Notes: generated by a model not told the origin, from the letters alone. 64,000 nucleotides of DNA from Geosiphon pyriformis uo1 (GCA_016748015.1 JAAOMT010000531.1:464782-528781); one strand, 5' to 3'; counted from the first letter of the stretch, positions 38,251-53,885 are shown. Program-made: numbers and translations.

Positions 38251-41200
38251 TCATGAAAAACGATTTACCCATCTTGTAGGTATATCATAATCAATCTCGT
38301 CGTCGCTCATACTTCCCATCCTTCGTCTCGATTCTTCCATCACCGCTCTTTTGCCCGATAGCGGATATGTTGATGATATAATCTTTCCTGTTATACTTTT
38401 ATGTGAGGATGATTCTAAAGGTAGATTATCTCCTTCCTCTTCATCACCTTCTGTATCATATATTCCATTGTATAAAAGTTCTTTGGGCAAATTTAAAGTA
38501 AAGCCATCACCAGGTGTCCATGTAGCTCGATGAAACAATCTTAGCGATTGACGCGCTTTCGCGCGGAATTCTTCTCGCTTTTTTTCTCTTTTTCTATCTT
38601 CTTCTGTGATAGTCGTGGTAATTGTTGGAATCGGTGAAATATTTTCATTATCAGAGTCGATGCCTTTTGCTCTCTCTCTTTCTCTTCTCCTTTCAGCGCG
38701 AATTGTCATTGAATTTTCAATACACTCGATATATGTGGTGTACTTGACCATTTCGTAAAGTAACCACTGAGACTTTTTTTCCCAGTTTGAAAGGGCTTTG
38801 GCACAATTTGAAGAACGAGGATGATACTTTTTAAAGTAGAATGTTTTTCATTAAAATGTGACTGAATAGAATTAGAAGATAATACAAATAGCTTACCAAT
38901 TTTGTCATAGGCTCGCGATAACTCTTATGTGCCTCTAGCTCATTTTCCAAATCAGTAATATATTTTTTGAGTGCAGTCAATTGTTGATCCTGAAATAATT
39001 GTGAAATGAATTAAGAGATAAATCTGGTAACTCTGTATTTAAGTAACTTATATTTTACCTCTTTGAAGTTGCTAGCAACCATGGGAGGTAGTGGAGCCTT
39101 CCATTCATTGACGAAAGTTCGATCACTATTTGACAAATTTGCGCTCATTATACTTCGACCGTCGCTCAAGCTTTGGTGATCCTCATATTCCTCGTTAGTA
39201 TCCGCCGAAATATGAGTCTCCATACAACGACTCCATCCATATTCCATATTGCTAACACCACCAACTAATGGCTCTTTGCTGGTCATTGCAGCCCAGTAAT
39301 TACAGGTAGATACCCATTCCTCCACGAGCTCCGGAGTACCCGCTTGGAAAAAGTAGAGCCCACCATTAGATAAGGATAGAGCAAATACGTAAGGACGATC
39401 TCGATTGTAACCAGGAGAAGGAAGGGCATTGGTAATTGTATGACATAGACTAACTTCTCCGAGAAGTGTAGCGTTCGCCTATTATTAAATTTTTGATTAA
39501 TTATGTTTGAGGAGAGAATTGAAAATGTAAAAAGAAGAAATTGCACATCACTTACCAACCAATTGCCACCACCAACACTTCCACCAGTTGAACCATTAAT
39601 ATTACCACTACTAGATGAGTTTGTCTCGAATCTATACATTCTTAAATCACCATTTTCCACCACCACAAAACATTCTTTCCAATTCTTATCTTTCGCTCTC
39701 TTATTAGTGGATTCCCAATAATTTTTTCTCACAAGATTCCCCTCCTTGGCGTAAGGTGCACCAGATAAATATAAAGCTAAAGATTCGGTTGTCGAAACTG
39801 AATCGGCCAAAGAAACATTATCCTCGTCATCCCTTTCTTTAGATGCCTTTTCCGAAATATTCGAAAAGTCATCGAAAGATTGATGACGCAATGTATTTGA
39901 TGAAATGGTCGTAGCAAGGGTTTGTGAGCTATTTCGATGATTCACAGTCGTCTGCGGAATATCAAAAGAAATTTAACAAAATCACATAAACCAATTAAGG
40001 AAATTAAGTTCACTACCAAAAGTCAATATTTACCCCGATACTAGTCTCACTTCCGCCGCTTCCCAGACTGGGAACAGGAGAGTATCTCTCACCTTTTACC
40101 GATGTTCGTTTCAAATTTTTCAAAGCATTTAACCTATGTGGATGACCCAATAAGCTAGCACTTCTTTTCATTCCAAGATTGTTTAAAAATGGAGATACAG
40201 TTTCAGGCACTTTTTCCAAGGCTGGTGATAATGGTTGTAAGATTTGATTGGCTTTTATAGCCACATATATTTCTTTAAGCAGATTTTCCAATTCGGAATC
40301 CGTTTGACGAGAGTATCCAGAATTATGACCGTAAGAATGAAAAGCACTCATAAAGGATACTGTTGAGATGCTACCGCTCGGATGACTCGTCCAGCTTTTG
40401 ATGCTGTCACTTCGACGCGGTCGAGCAGTAACGGATGTGTCCATAGTAGCGCTAGTGTCCAGTGATAGGGTACTTTGTTCATCGTCACACGATTCAATCG
40501 TGCTAGAATTATTGCTGATTGTCCTGCTTGATGAAATTTGTTGTGAATGAATGGCAAACATGGTATTTCTGACGAATTGAGCACGAGACATTTTAGTGAT
40601 GCCTTGGGCAACATGAAGGTCAGTATTAAGAAGTAACAAGGAATATGAAATTGCGTAAACAACATCTATTATTATATGAAAAAGAATTGATTAATATATG
40701 AACATCCCAAAAAGGATTGGAAGAAATTCCAAATGACATGCCAGAACTAGCGAAGAGACCGCCGGGATTACACTCCCAATATCGACGGGAAAATGCCTCA
40801 AGAATGCGATCCACCTGCTGTGTTTCACCTTTTATATAAAGACGTGCGCAGAGTCGTCTTAAAAATGAAATAAAAAGATTGATAAAACTTCAAGGATGTC
40901 CAGAAACAAAAATAAAAGCAAAAGCAACCAACCGAAAAGCAAAATCTAGTCGTAATCCTTTAAAATCATAATACTCCATATAGCATTTTAAAGCGCGTGT
41001 ATTAGCCGTTTTACTAATTGAAATGTAAGCGAGATTGATGAGCTCTAGAAATTCAAACTGAATTGAAATTTTAAAATTCAAATTACTCACTTTCCCCCTA
41101 AAAATTCGGCGATAGATTCCTTTGGCATGAACGTTTCATCTTCCTCATAGCATCTTTTAGCCGCTATCCTAGCCTTGGCCCATGCAATGTCATCCGCATC

Positions 41201-43076
41201 TTTTTCGGGAACTTCAGGTGGTGATTGATCTTTAATTAAACTCACATCTGGAGAATTCTCAGACGAGGTTATATGATCCACTTGGATATAAGGGGTTGAA
41301 TTTGTTATCCTGTCCCGATTCTGATTGCTATTTCCGACGAATTCATCACTGGGAATCGGAGAAGGTGGAGCAGTATGAAGGGTTCCGGTGGATCCGCTGG
41401 CTGTTTCATAATTTGAGCTTGCAAAACTGGAGGCTTGTAGCATATGCGGTGAAGTAGAGGCCGATGCCTTATTAGCTTTAGCAAATTGCGCTGATTTCGG
41501 TAAATCTGGCAATTTTTTATTTGGTCTCTTTGGTATCGTAGAAGGACTGAGACCTGTTTCCGTACCTGTGTCGGGGGTTTCTTGTCTTTGACCCTTTTTG
41601 AATAAGCCTTGCTCGTCGGCAGAGGCCATCAATGAACCCCTACTGAACATAGCCTCTTCCTTTTCATTTTCCACGATATTTTTAATGGATATGTGGGAAC
41701 TATTATCACTACTAACTGTGGATTGTCGCTGAGGTGTTGATGATAAGGATCTTAATTTACCGTGTTCTTCTGCTTGTGCCATTAGAGATCCTGGAGAGAA
41801 AAAAGAAGAGGTAGCTTTGGGTTCATTACCACTGACAGGAATGGTAGATGGTGATTTACTATTGTTTGATTTGGTGTTTAAGGTCGAGAATTCATTACTA
41901 AGCGTTGATGATTTAAGAAGAACCAATGGAACATCTTCAAGACGCGCGATTGGTATATCTTCATCTGATTCTACAGAATTTTGCAAGTTTACAAATATTT
42001 CGGTTTTTGCAGATAACGATAAAGGAAGATGCATTTTTGAATCATATTCTTTTTTTGTTTCTTGCTTACTTGATGTTATATTGTTTTTTATCGGTGGAAG
42101 TGGCTTCATCAATTTAGAATGGGCACTGCCATAATTTTTCTGCATTAAATCGGATAACTCTGGCTCTTTTTCATCAAAAATATTCCTCTTTTCTAGTTTC
42201 ATCTTTTCACTTTTTATTAATGGTAAACTAATTACAGTGTTGCGGTCATATTTGGTATCCAAAAAGTTTGTTTTCTCAAAAGAACTATTGTCCGTGTTTG
42301 TGTTACTGACGAAATCATAGTGACGTCCAAGATTTTCTGGGACACTCTTATTTGCTCCCAGTAATGGATTTCGATAAATATTTTCACGACGATCAATGTC
42401 TGCTTCGAGTTTATCAAAAATTGATTGATATTGTTTAACCGTAAGATCCAAGGTTTCCTCTTCATCGTCAGAATAATCATCATCACCATCATCACCATCA
42501 TCACCATCATCACCATCATCACCATCATTACCATCATCGATATCTTCGTAATCGGAGAAGGAAATTTCAGAGGCAGCTTTGCCTGAGCTTTCATTGTTCA
42601 AACTGGTACGAACAGGAAACGTATGAATCTCAGCTTTTCGATTATTTGACGGTTCGTGAAGATCAGTAGGAGTTGAGCGTTCCTCTTGATCAGAGTGCTA
42701 TTCGAAATTTTCAATTACAAATTTTAGTATTTAATTGCGGAAAATGGCAAAAAATAAAGCAAATCAAGTTCCTACCTTGTTTCCAAGTTTTCTAAAGAAT
42801 GTAGAGGTTTTCCTCATTGTAAGTCTCATTTTATTCTAGTTGAGTTTTGTGGTAAACATAAATATCAACATAGCAAAATTTTGACAAGAAAAAGTTTTGA
42901 AGAAAGAAGAGTCAATAAAGCCGTTCAGCTTTTTAATGAGTACCAAAGAAATTAAATATATTTGTGACATATGCATGCGAGCTGGTAAACACTGCATGTT
43001 AAAGTAGCCTTTAGGGTAGTTTGTTATTGTCCTCCAACTTTTTTTTCAATGTTGGATAAACAACAACAACAACAGC

Positions 43077-43114
<38 letters not shown>

Positions 43115-43937
43115 TAATAATAATAATAATAATATACTGGTCTGTTTCGGTGACTAATTAAAACTTCGGGGATTGTGAGCCATAACAAAATTATGCTGAT
43201 TAAGGGACAAATTCGCTCACCTTTAAATAGCCCTTTTCTCTTTCATGAGACTTTATCGAGGATCCCAAGCTACCTTTTCTTTGATCCTTTTTTGGAAACG
43301 TATGAGTTGATGGTTTTGACATACCACTTTGCGTGGTGGGGTGTAATAAGTTGGAATCGTTTACAACCAATTCAAGATCGGTCTCTTGCTGTTTTTGTTG
43401 CCTCAAAACTTCGTATTCTGCAGCCAGGTCACCAGTATTTAAAGTTAAAAGATTTGGAACACTCGCGCTTCCAATCTTTGTCCGGGTAACTTGATTTTCA
43501 GTGGTATAATCATAATTATTGGTTGTGAGCATATCTTCTAATGAAGTTGTCGTGAATGGGGTGGTTTCTATAGAAATTTGAGCTGTCGTGTCGAATTGTT
43601 CTTGGAAAATATTTGAAGAAAAAGGTCGAGCAGCCGAGTTCTGAGGGTTATTGTAAGAGTCCTTCTTTTTGAATAAAGAGAAAAAATGAGTTTTTGAACC
43701 GTTTTTAGCGGAATATGAGGATATTGTTGGTGAAGTTGGGGATTGTGAGTTAGAATTTGGGATGGAAAAAGGTCTTGTGAAGTGTGCATCTGAACTAGTG
43801 CGTTGTCGTAAAGACCTTTGCTCGGAGTGTGAGTTGTGGTGAGGGTTAGGATAGGTATTTATGATGTTTTGGTCAGTATCTTCATGAAAGCTAGCTGAAC
43901 TTAGAGGTGCCCACTTTGAGTTAGTTCCAAGTGACAT
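38251..43937 (-). CDS. Sec7 + PH domain Arf GEF (EFA6/PSD; yeast Yel1/Syt1, S. pombe Syt22 type), multi-exon
   Basis: Sec7 motifs LDFAFR.LCARLYIKGETQQVDRILEAFSRRYW and SLLLLNTDLH. PH domain PYAKEGNLVRK..WKECFVVV..LPSPGYNRDRPYVFAL..FQAGTPELVEEWVSTCNYWAA. C-terminal NWEKKSQWLLYE coiled coil. Upstream exons (43937-~43222, ~42836-42777) splice in frame. Confidence 0.92.
42477..42540 (-). repeat. Coding 9-bp tandem repeat, (GDD)n acidic tract in the GEF
   Basis: (CATCATCAC)n on the plus strand. Confidence 0.9.
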
Positions 43938-46135
43938 GGTATATAAAAAAAATAATTTTCTGCTAAAGGGTAAAGGGGAAGGAATTTTCGGATATTAGCA
44001 ACCAATTTTTAACGAACTCGCTGGCTTATTAAGAATGTTGTTCATTCAAGCTCCACAAGGATAAGGTCAATATCAATACATATCACTTCCAAATATCATG
44101 AAACAATGTAACATGCCATAAAACGGTCTAACCCTTTTTGTGAATGGGGCGATCCTGCCCAACTTTTCATATAGAAAATGCGCTTTGAATTATCACAGGT
44201 TGTTATGAATGACGATTCACAATCTTGTATTCCCATTATTATTATTATCATTGTTGGCGACTTTCTATAAGTGATAAGAAATGGAGGGTCGTTTAAGGAT
44301 AAAATAGTATTTGGACAATAATAGTAATAATAAAAAAGATTTATCGTGATAATAAAAAGACATCTTTGATTGAAATTATGATTTGAATAATTGTCTCCAA
44401 TTTTCCTCAAGAAGTTTATAAAGAATGATTCTATATATTACCATTTTTTCTCAAGGAAGTAGATAAAAAATAAAAATGACTTTTCGAAAAAAATGAATTA
44501 AATTTTAGGAGAAAATTTGGATTCTTAATTTTTTAAAGAATGAAAACAGCAACGTATGCAATAAATAAACATTATACGAATATATGGAAAAGAAAACTAA
44601 AAATCTTTGAATATTTAGTTACATCTTGATAATATTTTTATTGAGAAAAAGTATTATGAATTAAAATCTGTAAATTTTAAAATTGAATTTTTTTTTTTTG
44701 AAAAAACATTCATATTTGTTTTAAATAGTTTATATATTTCATTTCTTTTAAAAAATAAAATTAAAGATGAATTATTTTAATCTTTACTTTTTACCTTTTA
44801 CTTTTTAAAACAAGTATTGGATAAAAGCTATTTTTCATTAGTTTTAACTTGTAGAGAAATAATGACTTATTATTTTTTGAAATAGATGATATCAAGAAAT
44901 TAATTTCTAAATATTTTAAAAAAAAATTAATATTCTTATATACATGTTACAAAAGATATTTTTTTCAATTGTCATAACTTTAACCTATTAAAGGCTAAAA
45001 AGTGACATTTATCAATTATTTGTTATATTTAGTAATTTTTTCCTTTACGTAATTCAGAACAACTTTTAAATTTATACTGAAAAAAGTTTGTCAATAAAAA
45101 ACAGTCTAAATCGGGGATCTCGGAAACATTGTCTTAAAAAAAAACGAGAAATTTTGAGTTATTTCTTGTTTCAGTTTTCAATTGTTGATTAAGGTTTGTA
45201 AAACCTATTATGATAATAATATTAGGGAATTTTTTTTTCAATTCACAGCATGATGACTCTTATGGAACATATGAGGACTGTCGATTTAAGTAAAATCGAC
45301 AGTCTGAGGATTTCTTTTTTTTTTTTTCCGAAACGTTTCATTTCCCATAATGTAAGTTCATCAACCTTAATTTAGGGAGTGCCAGAGTTGCTGCGCGATC
45401 CGCGTTGCATATATCTGTCTCTAGTCACCTGTACATACTAGTACCGAGAATAAATTAAAAAAGTCGCACATTTCTTGACCAATAAATAATGACAGATTTT
45501 GTCTAAAAATGTTTAGCGTATAGAAATCCTTAGGTATCACAATTTTTTAATGTTTGTTGGGTTATTTGTTTATTTTTTGTGGCATTCTGAAAATAAATAT
45601 TTTGAAATTTACCAAATACCAATGTATGATTGTGTAAGAACATTTAGCCATGAAAGAAATCTTGTTTCGTTAAAAATGTTTCATGTTAATATCTAGAGTC
45701 ATAAACACGTCAAATCTTTCCGGTCTCATGTCAATATGTTTCATGATGATTAATCGGAAATAAAGGTTTTTGATATTATTTTAGCGAAAAATGTTAAAAA
45801 GGAAAAGAACGAACGAACAAACGAACAAACAAACAAACAAACTTTCTATAACAATCACTTTGATCCTGAAAAATAATCTTTTGGGACAGGGTATTCGTTA
45901 TAGGTATGGGGAAATTTCTGACATTAAAACATTATTTGATTTAAAAAATAACAGGCGATATGCCGATTCGACAAGCAAATCAGAGACGTAATGTTTAACA
46001 TCTTTTTTGAAACTGCTGTATCAGTTCATTCATGTATAGACTATATAAACCCACAAAATAAATAATAATAAAAAATTTTATTATCCGTGCGAGCTAATTT
46101 CTTTGAAATGTATATTTACTTACTTATTTTACTTA

Positions 46136-46185
<50 letters not shown>

Positions 46186-49100
46186 TAAAGACTACAATTG
46201 TTTTCTTTTGAGTTTTATTAATAAAATACCCATTGAAACCTTGGGAAAATTCTTATTTTAGTTTCCCACGGAATTAAAATCGTGAAAATTAAAGATAAAG
46301 CTTTTCACGATTCCACGATTCAATTTTTACTAGCGTTTTTGTTTTCTCTGGCAAGAAAAAAGGTTTTTACTTTAATTGGAAAAAGAATAATTGAAGACAA
46401 ATAACTTGAAAAAATGCTTTTAGTAAAATTTAAAGATCGATTTAAAAGATAACCATGATCTGTTATTTATTTGGCTCGAGGTCAATGGGAATTGTTGATT
46501 TTTTACCCATAACAATTAATAGAAACGCTCGTGAAAAACTGGAAGCGACTGCGAAATGGGGAAAAACAAAAAGTTAATAATTGTAAAATAACAGATAATA
46601 TTTATAGGCTATTTATTTATATTCGACACTTGAAAATAAATTTTATTAAATATAATATTGTTATACATAAGCTTGCTGTTTTTTTTGGGTATTAAACAAA
46701 TAAAATATAAGCTTTTTAGTGTTTATTAAATAAAAATTCAAATAGTTTATAACCAACATTAAAATCTTAATCATACTATAATAAAACGATATAATTATAC
46801 GTGTTTAATGTTTAATTAAAAATAATAATGTAAATAATGCAATAAAATGACAAAATAAATATTATTTATTATTTATTAATAAAAAAATAATTATCTTTTA
46901 TAATAAAACAATTCATGACTAATTAATTATAAATCATTTTAAAATTAAGTCAAAATCTAAATGGAAATAATTAAATATTATTATAAATTAGTTTGAATAA
47001 GTCGGTTAATCTTAATAATTAAATTTAAAATTTAAATTGTTAATAGGTTAATTCAAAAGTAAATATGGGTAAATTACTTTTTTAAACACATTAAAGTCTT
47101 GACTTAAACTATTATAAATAATGTTTCAGACCCTTGTTTGTTTTAATGATAATAAAATAAAAAATATCTTTTTTAACTAAACATGACACTTTCACTAAAT
47201 TATAAATATTAACAAATAAGTATCGATCATTATGACTTATTAAGGTCGTATAATTTATTCTCAAATTAACACGTTTTATGCGATTCTGTGGTACAATTTT
47301 TCGATTCGTTAAAAATATTTAATTTAAGAACACAACATATTCAACACTTGAAAATTTGAATATGTAAAATTTGAAAAACTATGATTGCAACGTCTGTGAC
47401 AAATAGTGCGATACTTTTTATTCCTTAACAAAATTTAAATTCATATGTTTGTTTTATTTCACCATTTAAAAGTTTGTAATATGTATTCTACATAAATTTC
47501 TGCTTTTTTAAAATCTTTCCTTGCAAAAAAAAAAATTAAATTTTATTGCTAATATTGCATGATATATTTTATTATACACTTAATATTTTGAAACAAGTGC
47601 TCAATGCTTTTTCGTAATATTTTTTATTCCTATTTTTATTTTTTATTATTGTAAATTTTAATACAATAAATGATTTTTATATAATATCATTTCATATTTG
47701 TTTGTGTTTGCAGTTTATATTATTTATTTATTATTATTATTATTATATTTAATTTTTTTTCTAAAAAATTTTTAATATAATTTAAAATTGTTTCTTTCAT
47801 AAATTAATATATTAATTCAATTACATCTCATTTTTGTAAATTTTGGTTTTAATCAATATCGATAAATTTTTTACATTTTAAAAAATAATTTATAATATAA
47901 CATTTTTAATTTTATATAAATTTATATTATTTAAAATAATATTATTTGTATATTTTTATACTCATTTGATATTATTTATTTAAAAAATATAACTTTTTTA
48001 AAATATTTTTTCTCTATCTTTGTTATTAAACTTAAAATTATTATTTCTATAATAAAAAAATAAACCAAATTTTCTTTGCAATTCTGTTTTTTAATTGAAT
48101 TAAATTTAATAAAAAATATATTTGGTGTAAAAAATAAAATATTCTTTAATGTAATTTTTTTACTTGAAATTAAATTAGATATTAATTTTTTATATTTTTG
48201 TAACTTTTTAAATTTTAATTAAAATTAAAATAAATATTTTTTATCAACAAAAAAAATTAGAATCTGCAAAAATAGAAAAAAATGATTAATAAAAATTAAT
48301 TAATATAATTAAAAGTATTTAAAATTATTTGTTTATAAAATTGAATTATTATTTTTTAAAACATATTAATTTCGTTTTTTATTAAATGATAATCAAAAGA
48401 TATTTTTAATTATTTGATATAAATATATGAAATATTATTAAAATTTAATTATTATTTTAAATAATAACTGTGTTTTTACGGGTAAAAAATATCTTTTTTT
48501 TTAAATATAAAACAAATTATATAATTTTGGTTTATATATTAATTGTTAATAATAATTAATTAGATAAATATAAATAACCGGAAAATCAATTAGTAATATT
48601 ACATTAAAAATATAAATAATATAAATCAATTATAATAATATTTGTTTATATATTATGTTTTTAATATTAATAATGATAAAATTTTGTTCAAATTTAAAAT
48701 TTATTTTATAAAATTATAATATTGTTTGCTTATATGTTTAATAATTTATTTTGAAATAAAAAAACAATATTTAAATATTAAAATTGGCTATAAAATATAT
48801 TTTAGCAATTTTTGTTTAATTATATTATAAATTAATTTAAACATAAAATTTAAAAGTAAATTTTTTTTATTCTTACAAATTCTAAAATCTAATTATAGTA
48901 TTATTTCTTAAAAAAATTGATGAATGTTTTTTGTTTAATATAATCGATTATATTATATATGTGTCTAAATTTAATAATTTAAACTAAAACTAATATTTAT
49001 GATTTTCTTTTAATGATTTTATCCTTAAAAACTTATATTTGTAAAAAAAAATATATATAAAAATAATTTATAGTAGGCAAATCAAATTAAAAAAATTAAT

Positions 49101-50410
49101 AAAGATACTTTTATAAACGTATTTTTTATGTTGAATAAATATAACATTTTTTCGATTTGCGCTTTAACAATTAATTTTCAATTAAAATAACAAAATAAAA
49201 CTTAATCACATAAAAGCATTAGTTTTTATTTATTTCATCAGCCACTTCATAAAATTGGTTTAAAAAAATGAATTTATCTATGATCTCTATATTGGTTTTC
49301 ATTTAAAGTCTTAATAAGTGATAGGTTATAATAAATGCTAATAAATTGTAAATTCAAGATGTCGTTTCGGTTTCATGTTTTTGAATCAGCTTAACGTATT
49401 TAAAAGCAGTAATTATNNNNNNNNNNNNNNNNNNNNNNNNNNNNNNNNNNNNNNNNNNNNNNNNNNNNNNNNNNNNNNNNNNNNNNNNNNNNNNNNNNNN
49501 NNNNNNNNNNNNNNNNNNNNNNNNNNNNNNNNNNNNNNNNNNNNNNNNNNNNNNNNNNNNNNNNNNNNNNNNNNNNNNNNNNNNNNNNNNNNNNNNNNNN
49601 NNNNNNNNNNNNNNNNNNNNNNNNNNNNNNNNNNNNNNNNNNNNNNNNNNNNNNNNNNNNNNNNNNNNNNNNNNNNNNNNNNNNNNNNNNNNNNNNNNNN
49701 NNNNNNNNNNNNNNNNNNNNNNNNNNNNNNNNNNNNNNNNNNNNNNNNNNNNNNNNNNNNNNNNNNNNNNNNNNNNNNNNNNNNNNNNNNNNNNNNNNNN
49801 NNNNNNNNNNNNNNNNNNNNNNNNNNNNNNNNNNNNNNNNNNNNNNNNNNNNNNNNNNNNNNNNNNNNNNNNNNNNNNNNNNNNNNNNNNNNNNNNNNNN
49901 NNNNNNNNNNNNNNNNNNNNNNNNNNNNNNNNNNNNNNNNNNNNNNNNNNNNNNNNNNNNNNNNNNNNNNNNNNNNNNNNNNNNNNNNNNNNNNNNNNNN
50001 NNNNNNNNNNNNNNNNNNNNNNNNNNNNNNNNNNNNNNNNNNNNNNNNNNNNNNNNNNNNNNNNNNNNNNNNNNNNNNNNNNNNNNNNNNNNNNNNNNNN
50101 NNNNNNNNNNNNNNNNNNNNNNNNNNNNNNNNNNNNNNNNNNNNNNNNNNNNNNNNNNNNNNNNNNNNNNNNNNNNNNNNNNNNNNNNNNNNNNNNNNNN
50201 NNNNNNNNNNNNNNNNNNNNNNNNNNNNNNNNNNNNNNNNNNNNNNNNNNNNNNNNNNNNNNNNNNNNNNNNNNNNNNNNNNNNNNNNNNNNNNNNNNNN
50301 NNNNNNNNNNNNNNNNNNNNNNNNNNNNNNNNNNNNNNNNNNNNNNNNNNNNNNNNNNNNNNNNNNNNNNNNNNNNNNNNNNNNNNNNNNNNNNNNNNNN
50401 NNNNNNNNNN

Positions 50411-51244
50411 CATATTGTAGGATGTTGCCCGAGTGTAGATCACGATGAACCATACCAGAAGAATGAATCGAATCAAGTCCAAAAGCTATACCTTGCGCGA
50501 TCTCTAATTTATCAGGCCAACTCGTAGAATGAAAATTTTTTGCTAAATATTTTCGCATGTCACCATGTTTGGCAAAATCCATCACAATTCCATACTCGAG
50601 TGTTTCAGCGTTTCGCGTAATCCCCAATATTGGAGAGATATAACGACTTTTATACCCACCCTTATTAATAAACATACCACTTTGAATATTTAACTATCAA
50701 CACAGTGTATAGAAATAAATAGATAATATACAGTAAATATATAAATAATAAGTAAATATGAATTAAATATAAATATTAATATTACTAGTTTGTTTACCTC
50801 TTTAAACACTTCTGAACTGCTCGTTTTTATAATTTTTATTGCTACTTCCTTTTTTCCCCTTCTTTCATATTTCATTGAACCATGATGTTTTATACTCCAC
50901 CTATCAATTAATCCATCAATTAGGGTTGCTTTATAAATTATACTGAATCCTCCTCTAGCAATTTCGTTGATATTCGACAAACGCTCCCATGGAACCCATT
51001 CATAGTAATTCAAACTACCCTCATAATAATTATCATTATTAGGTAGAATATAGATTGGATTCTTAATTATTTCATCGACTTCGTCATTGCCGCTTAAAAA
51101 GTCTTTATAATGTTTTTCAAAAAATATGAACCAGCATGCTTTACAATCATTATTACGATTATTTTTAATGCTCCATTGACATTTTTTACACCCATTGCAA
51201 TCATGAGAATCTGGACGATATCTATTAATTTCTTTATTTTCCAT
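50411..51244 (-). CDS. TKL kinase family member, apparently intact up to the N gap
   Basis: MENKEINRYRPDSHDCNGCKKC..CKACWF, ARGGFSIIYKA, VAIK, the same intron after VFKE, and HRDLHSGNILQ just before the gap. Confidence 0.88.
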
Positions 51245-53099
51245 GATGTGGATAAAGAACAAACGATAAAGAAGGATAAAAAGGGAATAAGTTACTATTC
51301 AAAGAGGGTTTCTTTAAAGGTTTATTTGATAGTACGTTTAGAAAGTTATTTGTCTAAAAGCGAGTTCTTATTTATGTTGTTTCTTCTATGTTGGCATAGT
51401 GTAACAAATCAATTTATAAATAGGTTTAACTATGAACCAATTTAAGTAGTTAGAGTACACAAAATACTAAAAAAGTTTCCAATTGTCTCATTGTAATGTT
51501 GGTCAAATGACTTGTTCGATTTCTTTGTATAACAACAATAACAACAATAACAACAGTAAATCAAATTAGGCTTCGTGTGGAGCATAAAAATGTTAGCCTA
51601 AATATCATAAATTTACTTAGATACTGTATTAAGACTTTATTTCGGATTTTCTAAATGTTAAACTAATTTTGAAGTTATGGCTTAATAATAGACATTTTTA
51701 TTAAGAAAAGGGCCGCTTTTCATTTCTGGGGTTTGTTAGCCCTCGGTTTCTCTTTAACCTAACTTTAAATGCTTCAAACGTAAACTTTCGAATCTCTTTT
51801 CTTATAAAATTGGTTAGGATTTCAATAACTTAAATTCAAACTTACAGTAAATGTATATTAAAACTAAGATTCAATAATAAAATTAGCGATTTAAATCTGA
51901 AAATTAGGCTCAAAATTGATGAAGCAGAGGGTTGCTTATTTTTTTTTCTTTAATAAGTGTAGCCTTGCCTATTTTCAGGACTTTACAGTATGTAAAAAAA
52001 TATTGTTTATTTATATCTCAAAAAATTTATTTAGAAAACAATCTGTAATTTAATAAAATTTATTTTCAAGTTACCAGTTTTATTATTCATATAATTTGTC
52101 AAAAAGTGGTTGAAAAAAACTTATTAAATGTAATTAATTAATTAATTAATTAATTTAATGTGCATAAATTGATTTAATTAATTTGAATTAAGTAAATTTT
52201 ATTTAATATCTCTCATATTTTAAAAAATATATAAATAATAATTAACTATAGTATTTGAATAATTTCACTAACAACATAATTCACAAACAAAATAAACTTT
52301 ATTATCATATGAATATCTTAAACAAATATATTTTTTTAAATTAACAAAATTTTAAAACTATTTCTATTATGCTAATATATTTTTATAAAAATTTTACACA
52401 CATACATAATTTTAAGAGTATTATAAATTGAAATAACAAATGAATAAAAATATAAAATAAAAATTAATATTCAAATTAATATTTGTTTTTTTGGTTAGTT
52501 AATCGGTTGCAATTAATTAAAAATAATTGATATATTAATAATTACATAATTGCAATTATTATTCCTTAAAACTGGTTATCAAAATCAACAAATTGAAAAT
52601 AAAAATACAAAAATAATAAATAAATGTTAAATAAATTTAATTAAATATATTTATATAATAATTTCTCTAATAAATTTTTAACTTGATTATTGATTTAATT
52701 ATTGACTTAATTATTTATTTTATTGTTCTAATCTAATCATTAACTTTTTTTTATAAAAAATATATAACAAGTTTTTTTAATCCGTATAAATATTCTTTTT
52801 CGATAACAAAATAATTTAAAATAAAATTTTTCGCTATATTCATTAATTTTTTTTAAATTTAATAAAACTGGTTTAATAATTTGAAATTTAATAAAAATAT
52901 GAAATATTTAATATAGATATATTTTTTTTACAATTTTCAAATAATTAAAATTTATATATTGCTAATTTTTGGTTCTAATTATTTATTACTTTGTTATTTT
53001 AATCTTTAACATATAAACAATGACTTTTATGAAATTATGAACAATTAAATATGGTATTTATTCTGAAAACAATTTAAAACAATTAAAAAAATTTTTATA

Positions 53100-53180
53100 C
53101 TAAAACAAAGTTTGTCCGATTTACACATGTTCTGTGTTAAACGCGGGTCATGCACTTCTACACGTGACCAGCACCTTATT
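53100..53180 (-). mobile_element. LINE 3'-end fragment
   Basis: The reverse complement contains AGGTGCTGGTCACGTGT within a GC-richer island. Confidence 0.45.
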
Positions 53181-53786
53181 TATTTTTATTATTGTTTCAT
53201 TACTTTGTTGTTAATAATCATAATTTTAAAAGATTTCAACAGTGCTTAATTATAAAAAGACAATTTTTACTTTTTTATTTTGTAATAATATTTAGAAACT
53301 ATTAAACAATGAAAATTTTTTTTAAAAAATAATATAATTCGAAAATTTTTTTTTACCTTTTATTTAAGTTTTAATTTTAAATTTCAAAATTTTATAGAAA
53401 TATATTTGATTATAAAACTAAATACATAATTTTTAATTTAAATTTTAATTTAAAAAAGATTTTTGTTTTTTAATTATCATTAAATAAAAAGATTTTTTTT
53501 TAGTAAAATATATTTTATTTTAAATATTAAAACTTTTGAATTATTTAATAATATATTTTTCTAAAAAAAAAATTTTTTTAATATTTTTAAATAAAATATC
53601 CAAATGTTTAAAATGTTGAAAATTCAATTAATATAATTTATTATTAATGTATTTTATGTTAAAAAATTGTGAAAATAATATATATTGAGTTAATATTCTT
53701 AATATTTAATAATAAATTTTAAAAATAGTTTTAATTAACAAATACAAATTAAAAAATTAATGAATTAAAAAATATAAAAAAATATT

Positions 53787-53885
53787 TGGGTGGCTAATCA
53801 CACGTAGTTTGTTTCGTGATCCATAATAATTGTATTGTAACAAAATACTTGGTGGTTGGATTATACCGAATATACAAAAAAAAAA
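53787..53885 (+). mobile_element. LINE 3'-end fragment
   Basis: GGTGGCTAATCACACG..TGATCCATAATAATTGTATTGTA..GGTTGGATTATAC plus an A-tail aligns with 2342-2420. Confidence 0.6.

Noticed and set aside
41817-43789. Several antisense or alternate-frame ORFs
   Set aside because: They are shadows of the Sec7-PH GEF exons.
49375-50482. Long ORFs of 357-420 aa
   Set aside because: They consist mostly of N-gap X residues. Only the kinase portion from 50411 upward is real.
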